Source: Antedon mediterranea (Eukaryota > Animalia > Echinodermata). Taken from it: a stretch of 64,000 bases of DNA. The first letter of the stretch is position 1. Each line of letters starts with the position of its first letter. Under the pieces are notes generated by a model that had not been told where the DNA came from, searched no databases, and was given only the letters and a program-made list of their open reading frames with translations. Shown here in pieces: positions 26,001-38,000 of the stretch. The translations under genes were made by a program, and so were the position numbers. The stretch spans positions 3,844,001 through 3,908,000 of the forward strand of contig NC_092672.1 of the NCBI RefSeq assembly GCF_964355755.1, written 5' to 3'.

Positions 26001-29000
26001 CCTGACACACCTGGATTACCATGATTTCCTGGGATGCCAGGAACCCCAGGTGTACAACAGCTATTACAAGCCTCACTATCAGTTTGAACAGAATTTATCA
26101 CATGGATGACAGCAAGTTGTATGAAAATGGTGAAACACCACCTAAAATAATTCAATAAATTGTTCAGTCTTTTCATTTTGGGAATGACATTTCATTACAT
26201 TAAGAACCAAAACAGCTTAGCTAAAATGACTTTAAAATGGAATGCCAGGAATCCCAAAAGAACCAAACAGATAAAATGTCCAAAACTAAGTTACCAAAAA
26301 ATATATAATATATTAATATGTATAACTGCTAAATTATACAGTATATTTATTATATTATTTATTGTATTTACTTACCCAAGATTCTGAATGCCTTGTATTT
26401 TCAGTTGATATCAGTAAACTAGAAGTTGCTCTTTCATCTGCTGTTGTGTTAATTAAGACATTTTTTCGTTTCACTGATACTTATATATGGTTCACATACA
26501 TTTTTTCTCCACCTTTTTCAGACACGTAACCAGCATTGTTTAAATTTTATGGCCATGATTAGATTTCCGAATTTTAGTGATAATTATTAATAGATAACTG
26601 ACAAGCATATCTTACAGTTAATACTGTTGTAAGCTATATCTTTATCCGGTTACTATAATATGGCAAAAAGAAAAATATTAATCTTTTAATTCCATAAAAT
26701 CTACATGTACTAATCCATGGTATTACATCTCAACTTCAATATTTGATGATTTCCACACTTCCCACTCCCTTAAGCCGGTGTTCCTGTTGATGTTGAGTTG
26801 TGACAAGTTGTGCTGAGTAACACGACGTCAACAAGATTCAACGATTTAGTACATAGTTCTGGTCATTTGAATTTTACAATTGACAGGAAAAGAGTCAAAA
26901 TCAACACACAAAAAACAAACATTGTAACTATTGAACATTAAACCTGACCACTACAGAGTACTTAGATTTGTCTCATTAGCTTTTGTTATAAGGCATTTTA
27001 CCATTTAAGGGACTTTTCTTGTTACGCTTTCTGGTAAAGACCAGCTTTTGTAAAAGAAAACCTCTTTCATTGGAAAACTTTCAATAGTACCTGGAACATT
27101 TTAATCAAGAATAGATAGATACGAAACTATGATCAACGTTCAATTTTATTTTATAATAGGAAACATAATAACAAGCATGATGTAAAGAATCCAAACTTTT
27201 TATATAAAATACATAATTGTTCAAAACTGATGTATGATTTAAAAATGTTATTAGTATGGTATTTATCATATTTTCTCTAATAAACGCCCCGGGGAAATTG
27301 CATTTTTTTCAAAAGGGGGTGTTTATTGGAGATAAATTTTAACACCCAAAATTACCTAGACAGGCTGCTTTAAAACGGTTAAAAAGTTTTTTATTTGTTA
27401 GAAACAAGTTGATGTGCAAGCTATCTAGGCCATATCCTGTTTGCTAGTTATTTGAACAGATAAGTCCATCGCTAGTGGGTAGCATCATTTTGAAATAAAT
27501 ACTTTCCCTTTAATACCAATTTAAGGCTATCAAGGACTGGATACAAATGTAATTATATTGAGCACTCATTACAATATGGAAAAATCTCAGAGGGGGGGGG
27601 GGGCGTTTATTTGGGGCGGGGCGTTTATTATGTGGTTACCTGTTTTCATGTGTGGCTGTGTGTGTGTGTTTGTTTCTCTATTTTCAAAATTTGTTAGTTA
27701 GCAGGATTACTCAAAAGTGATTACCCTATTTTCATAAAGTATGGTTTCATAGCTGTATGGAACACGTCATTTAATTACATATGCCTATGCAGAGGTTTGC
27801 ACTCTCTGAGTGCCCTTCCAGTTTCAAATGTATCGACTCACAAACAAATATTTTACTTAACAATAATTCAAACAGAAATGGGATTTCTATATCTATCATC
27901 AAATCAATAATAATAATATTTGCTGACTTATGTTCTATTAAACATAGTTTCTCTAGTTTGTTACTCTGTTTTCGATTTCTTTCTTTACGCAATTTATTTT
28001 ATGCTGCATACAGCAAGAAACCTGAGAATGAGCAATATTTCTGGCTATTACTATGGTAGTAGTTATACTTGCTGTTCGAAACTGGTGGATGTGGCTCAGT
28101 CCATACTTCATCACCTGATACCAGATCAAGAACCACCATTGTGCTTGCAGAATTATACCCAGGTGACGCAGTCACCCATAAGGATACTTGAGTACTCCCA
28201 TTTTTCACGATTCTTGTTGCAATTTGACCAGTCCCACTATATTTCATTGATGAGGCTTGGAATACATAAACACCTGAAATTGCACAGACAAACTTGCCTG
28301 TACCTCTGTTGTAGTGATTCCCTACATTTGTAATTACTGTGTCGTACTTCAATGGACCTGAAGGACGACCTGGAGATGATATAAAAGCTGCTGTGAAAGC
28401 AGATTTTTTCTGACTACCCTGCTCACCCTTTTCCCCTTTTAAACCATTTGCACCTGGTAGCCCAATGGAACCTTGAGGCCCTTTTGGTCCTAAATTACCA
28501 GGAATCCCATCTGAGCCTTTTTCTCCAATGTCTCCTTTCACTCCTTGTTCTCCTTTTTTTCCTTGTTCTCCTTTTAATCCAGGAAGTCCCTGTGGTCCTT
28601 CAATGCCTGGATAACCATGCAGTCCTGGAATGCCAGGAACCCCATCTGTACAACAGTTATTGCAAGCTTCAGAATCAGTAGTAGCTGAATTAATTATTTG
28701 GATGACAACAAGTTGTATGAAAATTGTGAAAAACATGTTAAACCTGAAATAAAATATAGACAGTACAGTACACCTAACAGTATGGGTACAGTACGGGTAA
28801 TGGTACGGGTAACAATATGTGTAACGGTTCAGGTAACGTTACATTTAACGGTCCAGGTAACGCAACTTATAACCGTACGTGTAACGGTACGGGTAACAGT
28901 ACATGTAATGGTACAAGTATTGGTACGGGTAACGGTACATGTAACGGTACGGGTAACGGTACGGGTAACAATATGTGTAACAATATGTGTAACGGTTCAG

Positions 29001-32000
29001 GTAACGTTACATTTAACGGTCCAGGTAACGCAACGTATAACCGTACGTGTAACGGTACGGGTAACAGTACATGTAATGGTACAAGTATTGGTACGGGTAA
29101 CGGTGCAGGTAACGGTACGGGTAATGTCTAGATTGACTATTTAGACTATAGACTATTTGTGTCAAGATTCAAATTAATTAAAGTATCTCTTTGATCTTGC
29201 TTTGTGAATAAATGACTAAGACTAGTGCTGTTCCGCCATACCACACTGAGAATGTTAAATAGTAGCTATCCAATTTTCCTCTGCTTTTGCATCAAGCACT
29301 TTGTTCATGCCTTGCATCAAGGCAAACATCGATTATTATGGCATCTCTAAATATTTATTATACATTAGTATGCAAATGTACTTACCCAAGATACATAATT
29401 GTTATCTGAATGTCTTATCTCTTCAGTTGATACCAGTAAACTAGATGTTTCTCTTTTGTCTGCTGCTGCATGAGTAAACACAATTTTGTGTTTCACAGAT
29501 ACTTGTACTGTTTGCATTCACCTATTTTAAGTTTTTTGACGTGTAAACAACATAATGTGGCCATGATAAGATTTCTGTTTTTCAGAGATAATAGATAATC
29601 ACTCTTTATTATTAATCTTTTTATCCGGCCACGATACATTTGTCCGGGTTATGATTTCCACTTTTTCCACTCCTTTATATTGTACTTTTTATACTTTGTT
29701 TGATTAATTCATTCTACTGAACTTTGTTCAGAGTGTGCAAACATCTAATCTGACAAATTAACTTAGCTCCCTGATGCAAAGCTACTTTAAAGTAGTTCTT
29801 AAACTATAACGATACTTGTACACTAGATTTGCAGTTCAAAGAACAACTTGACCGAGGACCATATTTTAACAACGTAGAGATGTACATTATGATTTCAGAA
29901 CCATCGCGAAAATAAGGATATCGCCGCTCACCGTACAACCGTCGCCATAAATTGCTGTGACGTCACAGGTGCATCGCAAAATTTACATTATGATGAGTTT
30001 TCTGGCAAAGTCTGGCAAACCACGAAAATTTCTAGTAAACACACTTTGTAAATAAATCATGAGAAATATAAATGTTGATTTTTGTTATTGGTTTTTTTGC
30101 TTATCTGGACTAATTAAATAGATTTTGCAATGCACCTGTGACGTCACAGCAATTTATGGCGACGACTGTACGGAGAGCGCGTGCGCCGATATCCTTAATC
30201 TCGCGATTGTTCTGAAATCATATGTACATCCCTAATATGTTGTAAAAATATGGTCTTCGGTCAAGTTGTCCTTTAAGTTTTGTAATTATTATGCAATTAT
30301 TACAATAGTTAATTGTATTTCAATTGTTAATGATGTTGGGAATGTAAACACTAATTTTTTGTTACTAAATTGTTATCATTTTAGAATGTAATAGATTGAT
30401 TTAATATGATTTATTTCAGTGCATTCAGTGTAAAGAAGCTAGGCTACCTAAGTCCTCGTGAGTTCTTACTTGGAATTGCAGCAATGCAGCCAGACACAGC
30501 TCATGGCGGTATTCCTGCTGAGATTCGATGCCGATATATATTCAGATTTTACGATGTCAACCAAGACGGTTATCTGGAGTATATAGAATTTGAGTAAGAA
30601 AGAAAGAACCAATATCTCAAATTTAAACAGTTTACACATTTTTTCCATTCTTGACACATTTTGAAAGCATTTAGAAAACAAAAGTGTTAGAGAAGGTGTC
30701 TGATCATTTCGGCCGCCAGTCATTTCGGCCGCCGGTTATGGAATTGCCAAATTCATGAAACGCCAAAAAGGACAAAATATGTATTGTTAATTTCGGCCGC
30801 CAGAATTGTAATTATTCTTGAATATGTATGACACGCCATGAGTATTAAAATGTTAATATTTTACTAAATAGTGTATTATTAAGCCGAATCGGTGGTCTTC
30901 AATTCCAGAAACAGCAAGCGATATTTATAGCGTGCACATTGCCATCACTACAGTGAATATTAATGATATTTTTTTAATAAGAAGGAGTTGATGCTGAAGT
31001 TTTTAGCCCATTGCACAACTGATCTCTAGTTTAAATGACCATAATTCTCTGTGGCGTTCCATAGACTTGATAAAGTTATTTTTTTTCACTGTAATTCTGT
31101 ACAGTTATTTCTGGCTATTTCAATTTGGCGCGCCATACCTGGCGGCCGAAATGATCATGCCATATTTTGTCCTTTTTGGAGTTTCATGAATTAGGTCGTT
31201 CCATAACCGGCGGCCGAAATGATTGGCGGCCGAAATGCACTGTGACCTTAGAGAACCAATCATGTATGCTTATGTATCTTTTGTGTTTTTCTGATGTTTT
31301 TTATATTTAATCTTAAGAGCTTTGTCTGTGTACAAACAATAAGTATTAAATATTTTATATATATGATGCGGTGCAAGCAGCGCATTCATCATCATGTAAT
31401 TTTCACTTTTATATTTAATCTTAAGAGCTTTGTCTGTGTACAAACAACAACAACATCATCATGTAATTTTTACTTTCGGTACTTTTGTATATTTCAGGTC
31501 AATGGTAGTAGATATAAGGATGTTGAAAGGGTTACCGGTTTCTCCTGAGTTAGTGGAAAAAGAAGTTGAAGAAAATGCAAAGTAAGACACTGTACATAAA
31601 AATGGAACAACACTTTCTACTCCACTCTCTTAGCCTAAATGATACTTAGCTTATAAGCACAATAAATAATAGTTAATTTATCCTTTAATTGCTGTTTGTC
31701 GCTGTGGGATGCCATAAATAAAATATTTTTCAAATACTTGTTGTTAAAACATTTTCTGAACATATAGTAACAGAATAATTAGCTTTGTATAGTACAGATA
31801 TCTATATATATTATATCTTTAGTAAGTTAAATTTTTTTTTATTTATTCTTTATTTCGTATTCAAATGTACATATACAACATTACAGATACAAAGCTCTTT
31901 AACTATTATGCATAATTACATAATAAAACTATCTAATAAGAGCATGTGGGTACATTTGGTCCGGTCTATAACCAAATTGATATTTTTCTAAAGAATTAGT

Positions 32001-35000
32001 AAATAAATCATGTTTATCACCAGAATATTAAATAGAATATACCTTGTGCAACATTTACCATGTTAAAAAAAAAGAATATTTATGTGTTCGAGGTTGAACA
32101 AAGTTCATTAACTCATTTTAATATGCTTATCAGTATTATCAAATCCGTGTAGATTTACTTTTACAATTTAAGGCGTGCCTTTATAGCTTCCTTCTGATTG
32201 ATTGATTCATTTTGTGAACTTTGATTTATATATGATCTAAAACTATACCATCATATTAAGGTTAAATGTGCTTACCTAATCCAGAGCAAACCATTCAGGA
32301 ATGCCGATTTACTTGCCACATTCAAACAACTCCTCAAATCACACCTTTTTAATTTGCATTTTTCAACATTAATCAATCAACTAGTGCTTTTTACATTTAC
32401 AGGCGCCCTACATTTTGCGCTATATAAATTGAACATTATTATTATTATATTTTTGCATGCATTTTGAAACCTCACAATGATTCATGGCAGAGCTCCGAAT
32501 CTCCCAATAATTTCAAGTCAACTCCCGTTAAAGGTGCAATTTCTTACACGAGGACCTTTTTAGCAATAATACATTTTTTTTAATGTAAAAATTGATTTCT
32601 TTGTATTCTTTTCAGGGTATTCTGTTCACACAAAAAGGAACGTTTATCGATGGTAGATTTTCTAAATGCTGTTGGACAACTAAAATTTCGAGGAACTTCA
32701 CTTTTGTTTCGACTTCCACGGCGATCAGCAGTTTATTCAAAGTATTAAATTGTTTTTATTTTTTTTGGCAGAAATGTATTTTACTTGATTTTACCTAATA
32801 AAATATATATGTAAAATTGCATTAAAGATATATCTTCCCCTAGGAAAAAAAAAATAAATAAAAAAAATATCTTCCCCTAGGGAAATGTAACCAAAATTAT
32901 TGAATAGACCATTTGAATGTTACATAATAATTATTCACTTTCATCAGTTGTCCAATTATTTACACTGATACAGACGTAAATTTAAGAAGAACTTCGTCAA
33001 CCAGAAGCACATTGTCTTGCAGACATTGGGTTTCTGATTAAATCATGACCTTTTTTAGGTTTTTGTTGTTGAATATAATAACATTTTATGATGAAATCCA
33101 TAAAAAATGGTCTATTTAGTGTTTGATTTTATTCCTCTGAATTTATTTTCCATGTTTTAGGGGAAATATCATGGTTTTTGTTGCTATTGTGAGGTTGAGG
33201 AATGCATTATTACTTGGCATTTTTTTGTTGTTGTTATAATTTGTTTGGCTTGCATTAATGAGGAAGTATAAATTTGCTGTAATTTGATTGGCTTGCTTGG
33301 TTGAGGATGTCTATTTTTTTCTGTAATTTGATTGGCTTGCTTGGTTGAGGATGTATAGTTTTGCTGTAATTTGATTGGCTTGCTAGGTTGAGGATGTATA
33401 GTTTTGCTGTAATTTGATTGGCTTGCTAGGTTGAGGATGTATAGTTTTGCTGTCATTTGATTGGCTTGCTTGTTGGTTGAAGATGTATAGTTTTGCTGTA
33501 ATTTGATTGGCTTTCTCAGTTGAGGATGAATTGTTTTGTTGTAATTTAATTGGCTTATTTTTATAAGGAGGTGTGTAGATTTACTGTAAATTGGATTGTC
33601 GGATAGAGTGGTTTATGAAAACCTTTTTTTCACTCAAATTCCCCTGCTTAATTTAAACCACCTTTACTACTATAAACCGTAGGTCCAGTGTACACATCTG
33701 TCTCATGTGCATTCACGCACAGCCACTGAAGACTGAAGAGGCTACCCAGTATAAAGAATAAATAATAATACCAACTATGCTGTAACAAAAAAAAACATTT
33801 CTTTTCAGCACAAATGGTAATGCTGATGCTCTAAACTGTAAACAAAAATTAAAACGAAAGAAAACAGATTCCAACTCAAACGATTCCCAGTCCGTGAATA
33901 GTGTCGACCAATCCAGTGAAGGTAAACATTCTTCATTCTTTATTTCTTGTTCTTCTTCCTAGTAATAGGCCCTTGTTAGGGTCCCCTCCTCCCCAAACCT
34001 AATGTTAGAAATAAGAGATTTGCAAACTATTTAAGAAATTGATATAGTGATACAAAGTACTAAACTTTTGTTATTATTTGACTAGAAACTTATGAATTAG
34101 GTGATTTGGAGGCAGCAAACATCTTCAAGTCTCCAGAAGTGCGTTCCTCGTCAGCTGATATTGACGAGGACGTTGATGATTATGAACTAGCTGTACACTC
34201 TGTTAAAGTTCGTAGAAGTGGCATGCTAACAGACATACGAAAGTTATGGGAAATACCAGCTGGTAAGAATATATATGTTTCAATTGTGGATAATGATAAA
34301 AAGTTCTTCTATGAATGTTATTAACGTGTAGTGTGGTTCATGTTTGCACCCGATTCCCAGTGCTGTATCTCCACATACTATCTATTTCCAAAGTATCATA
34401 GGAACATTTGGTAATACAGCATCACATTGCCTGTATCATGTAAGGCTAGGTTAAGGGTTAGGTTACTCTGGATACATGTAAAACACATGTGATGTTGTAT
34501 TACCAAATATTCCTCTGGTACTTTGGAAATAGACAGTCAATACTCGGATACAGTATGTTATAATGTGTATATCTATGTTATAATGTGTATATCTATGTTA
34601 TAATGTATATATCTATGTTATAATGTGTATATCTATGTTATAATGTGTATATCTATGTTATAATGTGTATATCTATGTTATAATGTATATATCTATGTTA
34701 TAATGTGTATATCTATGTTATAATGTGTATATCTATGTTATAATGTATATATCTATGTTATAATGTGTATATCTATGTTATAATGTGTATATCCTATGTT
34801 ATAATGTGTATATCTATGTTATAATGTGTATATCTATGTTATAATGTATATATCTATGTTATAATGTGTATATCTATGTTATAATGTGTATATCTATGTT
34901 ATAATGTGTATATCTATGTTATAATGTGTATATCTATGTTATAATGTGTATATCTATGTTATAATGTGTATATCTATGTTATAATGTATATATCTATGTT

Positions 35001-38000
35001 ATAATGTGTATATCTATGTTATAATGTGTATATCTATGTTATAATGTGTATATCTATGTTATAATGTGTATATCTATGTTATAATGTGTATGTCTATGTT
35101 ATAATGTGTATGTCTATGTTATAATGTGTATATCTATGATCCATTTAACAAACATTTGTATATATGTTTGTTTTTATTTATAGGATCAAGTGCTTTATCA
35201 CAGACAGTTATGAAAGAATTTGAAACAGATAAAACAAGATTTAATAGACTTTCATCAATGGACTCATTTAATCAGGTTTTTATAGAATCAGTGATGTGTA
35301 TAGACATCTGAGCATGCTGAACATTACTGTCTGAAGCAGAATCATTATTATGTTATCATATCATATAGAAACTCATAATATGTATATTAGGAACTTAGAA
35401 AATGAGGAAGTTACAGAAGCAATTCTGGATTGTCAGTAATGTTTCTGAGCATGCTCAGATGCTTTTTATGATCATGTCATGTTGTTCATTTCCCTGTAGT
35501 AGATAAGTTAAGAATAGCATTCATTATACAATGTTATATCATTTTTATATTAAGTATACTTAAATTCATACCTAAAGCACTATCCTATTTTATAAATCGC
35601 ATCGTATTAACCAAGTATATATTTTCATTTAAATTACCATCTTATTTCAGAAATCACATCCAAACGAAATGTTAACCGGTTTACGATACTTTGAACGAGC
35701 TGTGAAACAGTCGAGTCAAACTCAACAATTAAAACCTCCATTTGATTGGGGAAATGTGGACACAGCCTCACTTGCTAAATGTTTATTGGCCATCTGCAGG
35801 GAGGCTAAGCAACTGCTGGCAGAAGAGCCTAGGCTGCTTAGAGTCAGTGCACCAACATACATTTTAGGTAAATGCTGATTCTTTTAAGATAGATTTGGGC
35901 GTCCCTGACACAAGCTTTGCTTTAATTTTAATTTTAAATATTTTAATTTTAAAGATTTAATTTTAGGTAAATGCTGATTCTTTTAAGATAGATAATAAGA
36001 TAATTCAACATTAGTATTAGTTTCTATCAATGCTAAAGCAATACAATAAAAAGAGTGGTAATTTATAAGGAGACAATACAAAAATAACATTAATAGAGGA
36101 TCTTGCAAGAAGAGATTTCTTGTCACACAAGACCCATAAACAAAAAGAAAAAAATATATTGTTTTAATTTTTTGTTTTGACGTTAGATAAAAAAAAAAAA
36201 ATACATTTGACACACTTGCCGTGTCATACCTATACTTGAACTGAAATTATTAAATGTTAAATGCCGCTGATTGTACTACCTTAACCACCAGTAACTACCA
36301 TTAATTATTAATTTTTGTCATGTCATTTTAGGAGACATTCACGGTAACTTTCGTGATTTAATTTGCTTTGAGAAAGCACTGTGGAGGATGGGACCAATGC
36401 TGACGCCGAGTTCTTTTCTATTTCTTGGTGATTATGTAGACAGAGGAGAACATGGAGTGGAGGTAGTATTAAGAAATATTATATAAATATTTATTATTAG
36501 TCTTCAATATATAAAACATTTGTTAGTGAGTTGTAATGGTTCTACTGATGTGAATCACTTTGTAGGAAAAAGATCCAAAATTAAGCTATCAGTACTGATA
36601 TATGCAAGTTGTCTTTGCTGATGAGTGGCCTGCCTGTTGGCTCAATGTATATATATATTATATCTCTTCTTTTGTAATCCTTTCCTAATAGGTTGTAGCA
36701 TACCTTTTAGCACAGAAACTTCTGGCTCCAAGCAAATTCTTTTTAATTCGTGGAAACCATGAGTTGAGGGCAGTTCAGACAAATTTCTCATTTCAGAGGT
36801 ATGTATTTCAAATCGTAATATAAAGAAAGGGAAAATGACAGGACCTTAGTAGAATTGACATCTAAATTTGTTTGTTTATGGAACGACAATGTCAATTAGT
36901 TTTACATTCATCTGAATGATGGGTGAAATTAAGCCAGGACTGTTTAAGCACCTTGATTGGTCCTAACATTGATCAAGGGTTTCTCTCGTCCAGTGCCCAC
37001 CTTGACCAGAGGAAAGGCATGGGCCAATTTGTCTGAGGCAGATACTAGATGCAGGGGCTGCCATAAGAGTCAGCAGTGCTGTTTTCAAATGCCTAATGGG
37101 CTCTCTAGCTCCATATAGCACCCAATATTCCCAGATGGTCTCCCATCCATGCCCAAAACAGGCTCAACATTGCTTAACTTTGGTGAGCTGACAAGAACCG
37201 TATACCCATCTAAATACAGCATAATTATAATGTATTGTATAGATGCTGTATTTGCTATACACTGTAGTTATTACAATGTTCTTCATAATCAGCTTTAAAA
37301 TTGAATTTTTAGAATAAATATGCAAATTCAGTAAGTTATAATCGTCCTTGTTTTCTTTGTATTAGGGAATGTTTTTCCAAATTTGGTAAAACAATTGGTA
37401 AGCAAGTTTGGGAGGAGATAAACGTATGTTTTGATGCCATGCCACTTGCAGCTGTCGTGGACGATAAGGTAAAATCAAATTTAAAATTGGCTAAAATAAA
37501 ATTGTACAAAATATACTTAGAGCTAAATTTATGTTATTTCTTACATCAGCTCCAACCATGGTGTGTTAGAAGTGTTTCATAACTATGTTGCCTACAGGGC
37601 CTTTAGTGTTTATAGTATAATGATAAAACTGAGCATTTATAAAGCTGTCTCATAGCAACCAAAATTTATTTTAACAAGTGAGTTTTAAAGGTCAGGTGTG
37701 GGCAAAAAATTTCTATTGATCATACATTCCAATAATTATCGATCTATAATTTCCCCTATGTTTCATAATTTTGGGGATTTTATTTGTGTTACACCAGCTT
37801 GTTGAAAATAAGCACTTTCTTATCAGATAGTTCAAATTACACAGTAAAATCTCTATTCTTTTGTACACAAATTTTGTAAATAGAGAGGCATTTTAAAAAG
37901 CTATGAAAAATAAACGGTGTGGTAAAAAAATGTTATCAGATGACTAAATATAGGTAATATAACTTGAATATTACATTTCTGATATTTTTATTCAACTTCA

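Noticed and set aside
13594-28681. Plus-strand ORFs antisense to the C1q genes (13594, 14065, 20335, 25879, 27920, 28448)
   Set aside because: Shadow frames of collagen/gC1q coding sequence; their mutual similarity just reflects paralogy.
28698-29144. CNGTGNGT / VTVRVTV ORFs resembling antifreeze or ice-binding repeats
   Set aside because: Open in multiple frames because of a 6-bp compound repeat inside the intron of C1q copy 7; no signal peptide or splice support.
36557-36590. CTGATGAG as a third hammerhead
   Set aside because: No GAAA after the putative stem II.
37113-37220. Functional 5S rRNA gene
   Set aside because: Heavily diverged, 5' end degraded, single intronic copy without an oligo-T terminator.
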